DNA of 64,000 nt from Candidatus Latescibacterota bacterium (GTDB lineage Bacteria > Latescibacterota > UBA2968 > UBA8231). The position numbers and the translations under genes were made by a program. Where the stretch lies: positions 1,408,001-1,472,000 of the forward strand of contig OZ253462.1 of assembly GCA_965261395.1 (NCBI GenBank). Reading direction: 5' to 3'. Under the pieces are notes generated by a model. The model saw nothing but the letters and a program-made list of their open reading frames with translations, did not search any database and was not told the origin of the DNA. Shown here piece after piece: positions 28,819 to 38,961 of the stretch (position 1 is the stretch's first letter; each line of letters starts with the position of its first letter).

Positions 28819-31191
28819 ATGGGAGTCATAGGACAATCCGTCAGGCGCGTCGAAGATCAGCGCTTTATCACCGGCAAGGGCCGCTACACCGATGACATTG
28901 CCCTGCCCAACTCGACTTTTGCGGTGCTCGTGCGCAGCCCGCATGCCCACGCCGCGATCAAGGGCGTCGATACGACGGCCGCAGCCTCAGCCCCTGGCGT
29001 GGTCGCCGTCTTTACGGGTGCCGACCTCGAAGCCGCTGGCGTCGGCGGCCTGCCCTGCGGCTGGCAGGTAGATTTCAAAAATGGCGACACCATGAAGGAG
29101 CCGGCCCATCCAGTGCTGGCTGCAACCAAGGTGCGCCACGTTGGCGACCCAGTCGCCATCGTCTTGGCCGAGAGCCGCGAGCAAGCCACGGACGCCGCCG
29201 AATTGGTGACCGTGGAGTACGAGGTCTTGGACGCGGTCGTCGCGGCAACCCAAGCGATAGAAGAGGGCGCGCCGCAGTTGTTCGACGAAGTGCCCAACAA
29301 CACGTCCTTCGACTGGGAGCTTGGCGATCAAGCGGCCACGGACGCCGCCTTGGCCAGCGCCGCGCACGTCACCACCTTGGAGTTCGACAATCAGCGGCTC
29401 ATCCCCAACGCGATTGAGCCGCGCTGCGCCATTGGCGATTACGACGACGCGCGCGACCACTACACGCTCTACACCTCGTCGCAGAATCCCCACGTCATCC
29501 GCCTGCTGATGACGGCGTTTGTGCTGAATCTGCCCGAGCACAAGGTGCGCGTGGTGTCGCCGGATGTCGGCGGCGGCTTTGGCTCCAAAATTTTTCACTA
29601 TGCCGAAGAAGTCCTCGTCACGTGGTGCTCGCGCCAGATTGGCCGTCCGGTCAAGTGGACCGCCAGCCGCAGCGAGGCATTCCTCACCGACGCCCACGGC
29701 CGCGATCACCACACCAAGGTCGAACTCGGCCTCGACGCCGACGGGAATTTCGTCGGCCTGCGGGTCAAAACCGTCGCCAACCTCGGCGCGTACCTCTCGA
29801 CTTTCGCGCCCTGTGTGCCCACGTATCTCTACGGCACGCTCTTGCAGGGGCTGTACACGACCCCAGCGGTCCACGTGGATGTCACTGGTGTCTTCACCAA
29901 CACCACCCCGGTTGACGCCCTGCGCGGCGCGGGTCGCCCCGAGGCCACGTACGTCCTCGAGCGTACGGTTGAGCAGGCCGCCTTGGAGACGGGCCGCGAC
30001 CCGGCCCAACTGCGGCGCAAAAACTTCATCCCAGCCTTTGACGGCGTCGAGCAGGAAGGCTATCAGACCCAAGTGGCCCTGCAATACGACAGCGGCAACT
30101 ACGGGCCCGTACTCGAAAAAGCCCTCGCGGCCGTTGGCTACGACGAACTGCGCGCCGAGCAGGCAAGGGCCCGCGCCGCCGGCAATAGCCGCCATATCGG
30201 CATTGGCTTTTCGACCTATATCGAAGCCTGCGGCATTGCGCCCTCGGCCGTGGCCGGCGCATTGGGTGCGCGCGCCGGCCTCTATGAGAGCGCGGGCGTC
30301 CGCGTCCAGCCCACCGGCAAAGTCACTGTCTTCACCGGCAGTCACTCGCACGGGCAGGGCCACGAGACGACCTTCGCCCAGGTGGTGGCCGACGGATTGG
30401 GCGTGGGGATCGAAGACGTGGACATCATTCACGGCGACACTGAGTCCGTGCCCTTTGGCATGGGCACGTATGGCTCGCGCTCGCTAGCCGTAGGTGGCAC
30501 GGCCATTGTCAAGAGCATGGACAAGATCAAGGAGAAGGGGGCCAAGATTGCCGCCCATTTGCTCGAAGCCGCGGAGGAGGACCTCGAATTCGCCGAGGGC
30601 AGTTGGACGGTCAAGGGCACAGATCAGTCGATCTCTTTTCCGGAGGTCTCGCTAGCGGCGTACGTGCCGCACAATTTTCCCGAGGGGCTGGAGCCGGGGC
30701 TGGAGTTTACCAGCTTCTACGATCCGGCCAATTTTACCTTTCCCTTCGGTGCCCACATAGCAGTAGTGGAAGTGGATGCCGAGACCGGCGTAGTCGCCGT
30801 GCGGCGCTACGTCGCCGTTGACGACGTGGGCAATATCGTCAATCCCATGATCGTCGAAGGCCAAGTCCACGGCGGCATTACGCACGGCATTGGCCAAGCC
30901 CTGTTTGAGGAGGCCGTGTACGACGACAGCGGCCAGCTCATTTCTGGCTCGTATATGGACTACGTCCTGCCGCGCGCCGACGACCTGCCTTCCTTTGAAA
31001 CCGACCACACTGTCACGCCCTGCCCGCACAATCCTCTCGGCGTCAAGGGTGCTGGCGAGACCGGCACGATTGGCTCGCCGCCGGCCATTGTCAACGCCGT
31101 GATCGATGCCCTGTGGCCTTTGGGCGTGCGCGATCTTGCGATGCCGCTGACGCCGCAGAAGGTGTGGCAGGCCATCCAGCAAGTCAGCTAA
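28819..31191 (+). CDS. coxL: Molybdopterin large subunit, form II CoxL-like (xanthine oxidase family)
   Basis: VGGGFGSK, active-site loop [23 protein letters not shown] and KGAGE. Confidence 0.9.
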   Translation: MGVIGQSVRRVEDQRFITGKGRYTDDIALPNSTFAVLVRSPHAHAAIKGVDTTAAASAPGVVAVFTGADLEAAGVGGLPCGWQVDFKNGDTMKEPAHPVLAATKVRHVGDPVAIVLAESREQATDAAELVTVEYEVLDAVVAATQAIEEGAPQLFDEVPNNTSFDWELGDQAATDAALASAAHVTTLEFDNQRLIPNAIEPRCAIGDYDDARDHYTLYTSSQNPHVIRLLMTAFVLNLPEHKVRVVSPDVGGGFGSKIFHYAEEVLVTWCSRQIGRPVKWTASRSEAFLTDAHGRDHHTKVELGLDADGNFVGLRVKTVANLGAYLSTFAPCVPTYLYGTLLQGLYTTPAVHVDVTGVFTNTTPVDALRGAGRPEATYVLERTVEQAALETGRDPAQLRRKNFIPAFDGVEQEGYQTQVALQYDSGNYGPVLEKALAAVGYDELRAEQARARAAGNSRHIGIGFSTYIEACGIAPSAVAGALGARAGLYESAGVRVQPTGKVTVFTGSHSHGQGHETTFAQVVADGLGVGIEDVDIIHGDTESVPFGMGTYGSRSLAVGGTAIVKSMDKIKEKGAKIAAHLLEAAEEDLEFAEGSWTVKGTDQSISFPEVSLAAYVPHNFPEGLEPGLEFTSFYDPANFTFPFGAHIAVVEVDAETGVVAVRRYVAVDDVGNIVNPMIVEGQVHGGITHGIGQALFEEAVYDDSGQLISGSYMDYVLPRADDLPSFETDHTVTPCPHNPLGVKGAGETGTIGSPPAIVNAVIDALWPLGVRDLAMPLTPQKVWQAIQQVS

Positions 31192-31205
31192 GGAGAAGAC
31201 CGACC

Positions 31206-32021
31206 ATGATACCTGTCGCGTTTGACTATCATCGTCCCTCTTCAGTAGATGAGGCGATTGAGCTCCTCTCGGACGACGCCAAGCTCTTAGCTGGCGGTCA
31301 CAGCCTGTTGCCGGCCATGAAGCTGCGCCTGTCGGCACCGGGCGCGCTGATCGATATTGGTCGGCTCGCCGAGCTCAACTACATCAGAGAGGACGGCGGC
31401 ACCATTGCTATTGGTGCGACCACTACCCACCACCAGATCGAGTCCTCGGACTTGGTTAGTGCCAACGCCTCGGCCTTGGCCCAAGCCGCCTCGGTCATCG
31501 GCGATCCCCAGGTGCGCAACAAGGGCACCATTGGCGGCTCGCTGGCCCACTCCGACCCGGCGGCGGACTACCCGGCCGCGATTTTGGCATTGGGGGCCGA
31601 GATCGTCGTCAGGGGACCCGACGGCGAGCGTTCGATCCCGGCTGACGAGTTTTTCATTGATCTCTTTTTGACCGCACTCGCGCCGGACGAGATCATCACC
31701 GAGGTGCGAGTGCCGACCGCGGAAAAGTCGGCTTATGTCAAATTTCCGCATCCGGCCTCTCGCTTTGCCGTCGTCGGCTGCGCTGTCGCCTCGGCCGGTG
31801 GCGCGGTCAAGGTGGCCTTTACGGGCGTGGCCAATGCGGCCTTCCGCGATAGTGGGGTTGAAGCGGCCCTCAGTGGCGGCTTGAGCGAGGAATCGATCGC
31901 TGCTGCTGCCGCCCGGGCGGCCGACGGCCAGGATGTGCTCGCCGATCACTTTGCTGGCGAAGAGTACCGCCGCCACTTGGCCAAGGTTTTCGCCCGCAAG
32001 GCGCTGGCGGCCATCGCCTGA
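31206..32021 (+). CDS. coxM: FAD-binding medium subunit
   Basis: LAGGHSLLPAMKLR and IGDPQVRNKGTIGGS.AH.DPAAD. Confidence 0.93.
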   Translation: MIPVAFDYHRPSSVDEAIELLSDDAKLLAGGHSLLPAMKLRLSAPGALIDIGRLAELNYIREDGGTIAIGATTTHHQIESSDLVSANASALAQAASVIGDPQVRNKGTIGGSLAHSDPAADYPAAILALGAEIVVRGPDGERSIPADEFFIDLFLTALAPDEIITEVRVPTAEKSAYVKFPHPASRFAVVGCAVASAGGAVKVAFTGVANAAFRDSGVEAALSGGLSEESIAAAAARAADGQDVLADHFAGEEYRRHLAKVFARKALAAIA

Positions 32022-32041
32022 GTGCCATCGCATCTAACAGG

Positions 32042-32083
32042 ATAGCCCCCGATGCCGGTTGAGCGTCGGGGGCTATTTCTATT
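32042..32083 (+). terminator. Rho-independent terminator after coxM
   Basis: Stem ATAGCCCCCGATGC / GCGTCGGGGGCTAT followed by a T-rich tract; lies between convergent genes. Confidence 0.75.
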
Positions 32084-32134
32084 CAGTCAGCTATGCGAAA
32101 AAATCGGTATTGGGATCGCCCTGCCGAATGGCAC

Positions 32135-32590
32135 CTAATTCAGCCGTTTTTTGATGGTGTTCACGCTCTTGCGAATCACTCCCGTCCGGTATTCCAACAG
32201 ACCTAATCGCCGGTTAAGGTGCTTTGTGCTATTGGTCAACTGGACAGAGAGCGCGTCCGTTTTGGTGGTTAGCTTCTTGGATCGGTTGCGTATCTCACCG
32301 ATCTTGGTGTTAAGTCGCCCTAGGCCTCCGTCCATGTGAGCCAGCTTTGAACCGAGGCTGTCGGCCTTGCCTTCTAGCTTGCCCAGTTGCTTGGCGAGGC
32401 GGCCTACTTGCTGGTCGAGGCCCTCGACGTGTTTCTGCACGCCCGACACCTGCCCCGAGACCGCGGCGATTTGCTCGGTCAAAGACTCGGCGACTTGCTG
32501 CTGATAGGCTTTCATGTCGCTTGAGACTTTCCACAACAGAAGGGCCAGCACCACAAAGCCCGCGATATTGATCCCCATTGATTTGGTCAT
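32135..32590 (-). CDS. Membrane-anchored coiled-coil hypothetical protein
   Basis: N-terminal hydrophobic helix, then heptad repeats; GAGGGAGG RBS. Confidence 0.65.
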   Translation of the reverse strand: MTKSMGINIAGFVVLALLLWKVSSDMKAYQQQVAESLTEQIAAVSGQVSGVQKHVEGLDQQVGRLAKQLGKLEGKADSLGSKLAHMDGGLGRLNTKIGEIRNRSKKLTTKTDALSVQLTNSTKHLNRRLGLLEYRTGVIRKSVNTIKKRLN

Positions 32591-32678
32591 CGTGTGCCTC
32601 CCTCAAGGCTTATTGCTATTGATTTCTGAGACTAAAAAGGATAAGAGACAATGGAAACATCAAAAAGGAGCAGCAGCG

Positions 32679-34001
32679 ATGTCCACGATACAGACGATGT
32701 CACAGCGTGATCTCAGAGCCGAAGCCAAGCGCTACCTGCCGGGAGGCGTCGGAGCTACGGGACGGCACAACCCATGCTTGGGGTATGCCCTCTACCTGCG
32801 CAATGCCGAGGGCTGCCGCATCTACGATGTCGATGGCAAGGAGTACATCGATTTCAACCTGGCCCACGGAGCCGCATTTTTGGGCTACAACCACCCGGCA
32901 GTGCGCGAGGCCATGACTGCGGCATTGGACGCGGGCATTCTCTCCGGCTACGAGACCGAGGCACATACTGACCTGGCGCGGCGGATCACCGAGATCGTCC
33001 CCTGCGCCGAGCGCGTGCGCTACGGCAATACCGGCTCAGAGGGGACGATGGTCTGTGTCCGCTTGGCCCGCGCCCGCACTGGCAAGCACAAGATTCTCAA
33101 ATTTTGGGGGCACTTTCACGGCCTCTACGACTACGTCATGTTCAATTCGCACACACCGTTGACGCCGGTGACTCCGGGCAACTACGTCGAACCGCATGGT
33201 GAGTCTGCGGGCATGCCTCCGCAGATGGACGACCTCATCATCGTCGTACCGTGGAAGGACGAGGCCGCCTTGGAAAGAGCGCTGCGCGAGCACGGCGACG
33301 AGGTCGGCGGCATCATTATGGAACCGATCAATTACAACCAGGGTTGCATCGTCGCCGACACCGAGTACATGCAGTTCGTCCGCGACCAGGCCAGTGCCCA
33401 CGATATCGTCCTCATATACGACGAGGTGCTCTCGGCCTTCCGCACCGGGCCCGACTGCGCTCAGGGGTACTACGGTGTCACCCCGGATGTTTGTGTTTTG
33501 GGCAAGGCGGTTGCCGCTGGCGCTCCACTCACTGTCATCGCCGGCAAAGCCGAAATTATGGACCAAGTGGGACCGCTTGGCGAGGTGGCCCAGAGCGGTA
33601 CCTTCACCGGCAACCCGCCGGCCGTCATGACATCGCTGGCGGCCGTCAACGAGCTCACCAGTCCGGGGTTCTACGATCACATCTATGAAGCCGGAGGCCG
33701 GCTCTGCGACGGTCTGGTCGGACTGTTCGAGCGCGCCGGCGTGCCCGCTCGGGTGCAGGGACTGGGCGCGCGCTTCGGTATCTTCTTCGGATTCACCGAT
33801 CCCGTCGAGCGCTTCGACGATAGCCTCAACCGCGACCAGGAGATGACCGGGAAGTTCATCCGCGCCTGCGCCGACAAAGGGGTCTATTTCCACGACTACG
33901 GCACGCTCGTTGCTGGCCACCACGGCGTGTCCGCCCAGCACACCCTTGACGATATCGACGAAGCGCTCAATCGGGTCGAGAGTGCGCTACACAGTATGTA
34001 A
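32679..34001 (+). CDS. Class III aminotransferase (glutamate-1-semialdehyde aminomutase-like)
   Basis: DVDGKEYID, NTGSEG, FHG, LIYDEV, LGKAV and SGTFTGNP. Confidence 0.9.
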   Translation: MSTIQTMSQRDLRAEAKRYLPGGVGATGRHNPCLGYALYLRNAEGCRIYDVDGKEYIDFNLAHGAAFLGYNHPAVREAMTAALDAGILSGYETEAHTDLARRITEIVPCAERVRYGNTGSEGTMVCVRLARARTGKHKILKFWGHFHGLYDYVMFNSHTPLTPVTPGNYVEPHGESAGMPPQMDDLIIVVPWKDEAALERALREHGDEVGGIIMEPINYNQGCIVADTEYMQFVRDQASAHDIVLIYDEVLSAFRTGPDCAQGYYGVTPDVCVLGKAVAAGAPLTVIAGKAEIMDQVGPLGEVAQSGTFTGNPPAVMTSLAAVNELTSPGFYDHIYEAGGRLCDGLVGLFERAGVPARVQGLGARFGIFFGFTDPVERFDDSLNRDQEMTGKFIRACADKGVYFHDYGTLVAGHHGVSAQHTLDDIDEALNRVESALHSM

Positions 34002-34108
34002 GCGCAACGGCGGTAGGCGATAAACTACAGATCAACATCACTCGGTACGCTTGCCTACTTGTGGACGTTCCCGTTGGTAGTGGTGTGGCCTTGGGGAGGG
34101 TACTTCGC

Positions 34109-34657
34109 TCAACTAGGGAAAAGACAGTCCACGGACAGCGTCCATCCCGGAACCGCCGGCTCGGCCGCTGCCGACTCGCCCCGCCGATATGCGATCGGCT
34201 CATCGGGATTTATCGCCTTGTAGCTTCGCACCACATCTTCACTCATCAAGTCCACATCCCAAACGACCAACGTCCCAGCGGCGAAATAGTCCGCCCGTTT
34301 TTGCGCCATCTCCTGCTCGGCCGTCGGACCATAATCGCTCTCGCTGCGGACCTCGACGGCGAAGACGGGTGCCCCTTTGAGAAACTTCATCGTCAGCTCA
34401 CCCGTATAGAATGCCGCGTCCGGGCTGAACGACTTACGTTCGGGAAGATCGACGATAAAGCCGACATTATCCGCGAAGGCGTACCCGGTGCGGGTGCGCT
34501 GCGCGTAGTCCCGCAAGCTGGCGAAAATCTCGCCCGCCGCATACCCCGGCAACCCTCCTGTCGGCGACATAAGTACTAATTCCCCTTTGATCAGTTCGGC
34601 CTTGCCATTTTCTTCTACGTGGCGCAGGTCATCCAGAGTAGCTGCAACATTTGTCAT
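34109..34657 (-). CDS. Uma2 family endonuclease
   Basis: ELIKGEL..MSP, SPDAAF, AVEVRS and KRADYFAAGT.VVWDVD. Confidence 0.9.
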   Translation of the reverse strand: MTNVAATLDDLRHVEENGKAELIKGELVLMSPTGGLPGYAAGEIFASLRDYAQRTRTGYAFADNVGFIVDLPERKSFSPDAAFYTGELTMKFLKGAPVFAVEVRSESDYGPTAEQEMAQKRADYFAAGTLVVWDVDLMSEDVVRSYKAINPDEPIAYRRGESAAAEPAVPGWTLSVDCLFPS

Positions 34658-34722
34658 AGCGTAGACACATCCTGCTATAAGGTCATATGTGAACGGTACA
34701 TTAGAATAATAACAGGAGCAAG
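34652..34722. repeat. Left direct repeat bounding the island (Uma2 start, RBS and upstream region)
   Basis: Core 34652-34698 matches 49737-49783 at 43/47 nt by manual count; the ATAACAGG..GCAAG tail is also shared. Confidence 0.85.
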
Positions 34723-34851
34723 TCCCAGCACAGTAGGCAGTGGACGGCGGCTTTCACGGCAAGGTTGGGCTGGCGGCTTGGGCGTGTTGGGCCGGCCCCG
34801 GTAGACAGGGTCCACCCACCACGCCCAGTGTGTTCACTCCCTGGCCTGTGC

Positions 34852-36040
34852 CTACCAGCGTGTGGTGATCCGGCCCAATACGCGCTGGTCCTCGTCCCCT
34901 TGGCGCAGGGACTCGCGTCGCGTCGCATCGACCCCCAGTGCGAAGTACACGGCGTCGTCGTGCAACAGGGTTAGCTGATAGCCCAGCCGGTAGTCCCGCG
35001 CCATCCCGGAAGTACCGATGCCGAGCCTCGGCGTGCCGACCAGCCGGCTGCCGACCGGCAGCCCGTAGCCGAAATCGGCATTGAAGCGGCTGCCCGGGGC
35101 GGATCCTCCGGCGGCCAGCCCCGCCATGGTCTCGCGGCTCCACAGCGCCTCGGCTCCGCTCGTAGCCCGTCCGCCCCAGGAGGGTGTCACCTGCGCCTTG
35201 AAGCCCAGCGGCGTCCTCGGCGTCGGGTCCAAGCTGAGTCGCACGGACCCACCCCGTTCCCCGAATCCTTCCGCTTGGTGCACCAGCAGCATCCGGATCT
35301 GCACATCGGCCGACAGACCGGTCAACGGATCTTTGACGATCAGGCCGCCGCCGAGGTCCACGCCCGCGCCCGTCTCGGCGTCGCCGCCGTCGCGCCGCAG
35401 CCCGACCTCCAGGCTCGGCTGCAGCGACAACCCGCGCCCGAAGTCGTAGCCGCGCGAGGCCTCCAGCGCCGTGCGGAAGCGGGTCACCGCGGCTTCGGTT
35501 GCCGCCAGTTGGCCCGACAGACCCTCGATGCCCACCACGCCCTCGATGCCGGTATCCACCCACAGCGCATCCGCCTTGACCGCCAGCCCGAAGCCCCCCT
35601 TCACCAAAGCAGCCAGATCGCCTCGCAAGCCGGCTGCGGCCATCGCCATGGAAAGCCCGCTTTTGAGCGCCGCGCCCTTGCCCGGCGTCAGGCTCAGCGT
35701 CCCCTTGCCGTATCCGGTTACGCCCCAGAGTGTGACGCGCTCGGTGGCCTTGTAGCCGACCCAGGGGTAGAGGCCGGTCACTGACGAGACCACTTCGCCG
35801 AGGTCCACCCCCGAGTAGTTGCCTTGGCTACTGCTGTGGAACAGCGGCAGGCCCATCACCAGCGACCCCTTGGCGTAGTCGGCTCCCAACATGGTCGTGC
35901 GGACCCGACCGCTGAGAGACAGCACGCCCTCCCGGCCGGCGAACCGCGACTGCGCCCCCCGGCCCCACAACGAGAAGGCACCGCCCTGGCGCGTCGCTTG
36001 GTTCAACTCGAAGGCCGAGCCGGTCAGCACGTCGCCCCTT
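34852..36040 (-). pseudogene. Headless autotransporter-type beta-barrel domain (no signal peptide, no passenger)
   Basis: SLWGRGAQSRF, TTMLGADY, LYPWVGY, LQPSLEVGLRRDGGDAETG, amphipathic strands and C-terminal Trp; the frame opens (RGDVLTGSAF) 2 nt after the upstream stop, with no evident leader. Confidence 0.8.
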
Positions 36041-36042
36041 TT

Positions 36043-36343
36043 CTATTTTATGAGCAACAGCCGCCGCACCCGTACCCCCTGCGTGCTGGTGAGCCGAGAC
36101 AGATACACCCCGCTGGCCAAGCCCGCCCCGGTGTCGTTGCGGCCATCCCAGACAATCTGGTAGCGCCCCGCCGCCTGCACGCCTTGGACTAAGGTGCGCA
36201 CCCGCTGTCCCCGGACATTGTAGATGGCCAATTCCACTGCACCAGCCACCGGCAGCGCGTAGGTCATCTGCGTTTCGGCATTGAATGGATTGGGATAGTT
36301 GGCGTATAGAGCGAACGTCTGGAGCGCAACCACCGATTTGGCC
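36043..36343 (-). repeat. 301-bp C-terminal tail cassette, copy A
   Basis: Ungapped match to 38661-38961 with about 15 mismatches by manual count; homology starts at the Ala-Lys codons and ends at the TAG. Confidence 0.92.
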
Positions 36344-37872
36344 AACTCGGTGTTCCTGATGGTCCCAGTCGCCTCCGCTCTCGTGATGGAGAGCGTCTGG
36401 GACGCGTCATTGCACAGCCGTGCATTGCTGATCTTGACCTTCACGGTCTCGCCGTTGTCGTTCACCGAGTCGTCGATGATGCGGACGAGGGGCTTGTCCA
36501 CCCGTTTTCCGATCTGCATCCAGTACGTGGCTTTCGGGAACTTGAGGTAGTCCGTTCCTTCCTCGGCGGTGCCGCCCGAGATGGTCTCAAAGTCGTAACA
36601 CACATAGTCGTCATGCTTCCGCGAGAGCCTGACATTGAAAACGAGCCACCCGCTGTCCTCGTCCCCGGTCGCGTCTTTGATCCGAATGGTCAGACCCGGC
36701 ACGTTGGTCGTGGTGGTCGTCGGCGCGTTGATCGTTCCCGTCGCCTCGGCGGTCGTGATGTCGAGGTCCTTTATTTTGTTGCCGTAGGCATCGACCACGC
36801 GCGCGTTGCTGAGCCTTACCTTCACCGTCTCCCCGGCGGCGGCGACTGTGTCCTCAATGAGCGCGAAGCCCATCTGCGCGGTCTTGTCTCCCGCCAGAAT
36901 GACGTGGGTGTAGGTGCGGCGAGCATGGTAGTCGACGCCTTCGGTGGCGGTGCCTCCCGAAATAGTCTCGAAGTCGACCTTCACCGTGTTCTGGAAGGAT
37001 CGCGAGAGCGTGACCTCGAACAGGAGGTGGCCGGCGTTCTCGGCGGCGCTGGCGTCCGCGATCGAGATGGCGGGCGGGATAGTTCCCCTGACTGCGATCT
37101 TGAGCTTGCCGGCAAGGTTATCCCAGGTTGTAGCAGTCGTAGACCGCTGCCGCGAACTGTTGGTGATGTTCCATCCGCTCGCCTTCCCCGAATCTTCGGA
37201 ATTACTGGTCGTGACCTCCAAGTCGTATCGAAGGTTACTGCCTGATCCCAGCGCCTCGAACACCACGAAGTAATTGGTGTCCTTTTCGAGGGTCGCATTG
37301 GCCGGCGCCCTGAAGCTGTTGATCGCGTCGTCGTTAAGCGTCGCCGGATTGGTCAGCACGTACAGGCTGCTGCCGGGATTGCCGGATGAGGTCGTGTAGA
37401 TGCTCACCTTTGGCCGAGAATTCGACCCGAAATCATCTACCCGGACTTGAATTGCCGAGAGCGTATAGCCACCCTCATTGTCGCCGGTCCTGAACTGCTG
37501 TGCTTGAAGTTGCCAGAGATGTCCGTGGGGACCGACTTCCCGGACATCGGGATCGGTGCTCTGACCGGTGTTGGAGACGAAGGTGGTCTTCTGGGCCTCG
37601 GCCTGAAGCGGCAGGGTCAGGAGCGCGGCGAACGCCACGAAGAACGCGGCCGCTGCGTGGCAGGCCACAGAACCTGCGCGCGACACCGATGCCGCCGCCG
37701 ATGTGCGGGACGCGCGATGGTTGGACGCGGAAGAGGACCCGCCCGGAGAGGGCGGGGAGGATTCAGGGGGCCGGCGAGGGCCTGGCGGGGACCCGTCATA
37801 CCCTGGACCAGAGTTAGATGTGGCTCTGGTCCCTTGGATACGGATCAGGAACGTCGCAACTAGCTTCTTCAT
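36043..37872 (-). CDS. Secreted adhesin-like protein: long signal peptide, N-terminal beta domain, two Calx-beta domains, FlgD-like C-terminal tail
   Basis: AEA/Q cleavage site after an extended leader; ISIADASAAE...VDFET..GTATEGVDY Calx-beta motif twice; NYPNPFN...WDGRN..G..LASGVY tail. Confidence 0.85.
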   Translation of the reverse strand: MKKLVATFLIRIQGTRATSNSGPGYDGSPPGPRRPPESSPPSPGGSSSASNHRASRTSAAASVSRAGSVACHAAAAFFVAFAALLTLPLQAEAQKTTFVSNTGQSTDPDVREVGPHGHLWQLQAQQFRTGDNEGGYTLSAIQVRVDDFGSNSRPKVSIYTTSSGNPGSSLYVLTNPATLNDDAINSFRAPANATLEKDTNYFVVFEALGSGSNLRYDLEVTTSNSEDSGKASGWNITNSSRQRSTTATTWDNLAGKLKIAVRGTIPPAISIADASAAENAGHLLFEVTLSRSFQNTVKVDFETISGGTATEGVDYHARRTYTHVILAGDKTAQMGFALIEDTVAAAGETVKVRLSNARVVDAYGNKIKDLDITTAEATGTINAPTTTTTNVPGLTIRIKDATGDEDSGWLVFNVRLSRKHDDYVCYDFETISGGTAEEGTDYLKFPKATYWMQIGKRVDKPLVRIIDDSVNDNGETVKVKISNARLCNDASQTLSITRAEATGTIRNTELAKSVVALQTFALYANYPNPFNAETQMTYALPVAGAVELAIYNVRGQRVRTLVQGVQAAGRYQIVWDGRNDTGAGLASGVYLSRLTSTQGVRVRRLLLIK

Positions 37873-37911
37873 GGATGGTGTCTCCTTTTCCCTAGTATGG
37901 TTTCTCGTTGA

Positions 37912-37948
37912 AGCACCCGAGACCCGCCCTGGGGAGGTCTCGGGTGCT
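37912..37948. other. Perfect 13-bp-stem hairpin between island genes
   Basis: AGCACCCGAGACC-N11-GGTCTCGGGTGCT, 12 bp from the end of the inverted duplication. Confidence 0.6.
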
Positions 37949-37960
37949 CAGGGTGTCTAC

Positions 37961-38262
37961 ACAGCCTAGCCATCAGCGAGATGTTGAACTGCGCGGGAGC
38001 CGCTGGTAAGCAGGCCCCCGCAGCTTGGCGTGAGTCATATTATTCATTGGCAGACAGACAATCCCAGTTGATCGAGGTCATTGTTCAATATCGTGTCCAG
38101 ACTGGGCGGGATACACCCACTTAACTGATTGCCGGACAGAAGCAGGAGGTAAAGGTTGGTCAGTTGGCCTAACGCAGAGGGTATCGAGCCGGTTAACTCG
38201 TTGTCGAACAGACCCAAGCTTTCCAGGTTGGTCAGTTGGCCTAACGCAGAGGGTATCGAGCC
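37961..38262 (-). repeat. 302-bp inverted duplication, copy 1 (LRR gene 3' end plus downstream hairpin)
   Basis: Exact reverse complement of 43249-43550 by manual comparison. Confidence 0.93.
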
Positions 38263-38638
38263 TAAATGTCAAGACTCCGTTCTTGGTAAAAAATTTAGTG
38301 ACCGCGTAGGTCGTACCGTCATCGGTGAAGTCGTCGCTCAACGTGTTCGAGTTGCTGCATTTTCTATTCCCCGTCGAGCTGTTGTCACAGCCCAACGGTA
38401 CGGGGGTCCCTGAGAATGTGGTCCTCGGCGTCAGCGTGGCCGTCCAGATTGTGGTCTGGGCTTGCGCGGGGAGGGCCGCGGCAAACAGCATGGCGAAGGC
38501 CACGAGGAATGTGGCTGCTAGGGTGTGCAGCGCGCGGGACTCTGGCGGATTTACGCTCGGTCCATATACGACACGTACGTCGTCACGCATCTCCTTAACC
38601 AATCCAGTTTCGGCATACCTCACGTGCGAATAAGTCAT
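38078..38638 (-). pseudogene. Secreted protein 5' part, truncated by out-of-frame fusion to the duplicated LRR segment
   Basis: Signal peptide ...AAALPAQA/QTTIWTATLT, native sequence to ~38263, then the LRR DNA read in the wrong frame (RLDTLCVRPTDQP). Confidence 0.8.
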
Positions 38639-38660
38639 AAGAACTCCTCTCTTGAATTTG

Positions 38661-38961
38661 CTATTTTATTAACAACAACTGCCGCACCCGTACCCCCTGC
38701 GTGCTGGCGAGCCGAGATAGATACACCCCGCTGGCCAGCGCCGCCCCGGTGTCGTTGCGGCCATCCCAGACGATCTGGGAGCGCCCCGCCGCCTGCACGC
38801 CTTGGACTAAGGTGCGCACCCGCTGTCCCCGGACATTGTAGATGGCCAATTCCACTGCACCAGCCACCGGCAGCGCGTAGGTCATCTGCGTTTCGGCATT
38901 GAATGGATTGGGATAGTTGGCGTATAGAGCGAACGCCTGCAGCGCAGCCACCGGTTTGGCC
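38661..38961 (-). repeat. 301-bp C-terminal tail cassette, copy B
   Basis: About 95% identical to 36043-36343, with a fully identical central ~155 bp. Confidence 0.92.

Noticed and set aside
28987-30432. Long antisense ORFs (481 aa here; also 38917-40131, 55908-56942, 33036-33941, 2552-3487)
   Set aside because: Shadow frames of well-supported genes in GC-rich DNA, with no recognisable motifs.
28345-32021. Bona fide (form I) aerobic CO dehydrogenase
   Set aside because: Lacks the AYxCSFR motif and has S-L-M gene order.
32679-34001. hemL assignment
   Set aside because: The family match is clear, but motifs diverge from canonical HemL and no heme genes are adjacent, so no symbol was given.
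36043-38961. DGR template/variable repeat pair
   Set aside because: Mismatches between the 301-bp copies include G/C changes and are not adenine-specific; both copies are coding; no reverse transcriptase in the window.
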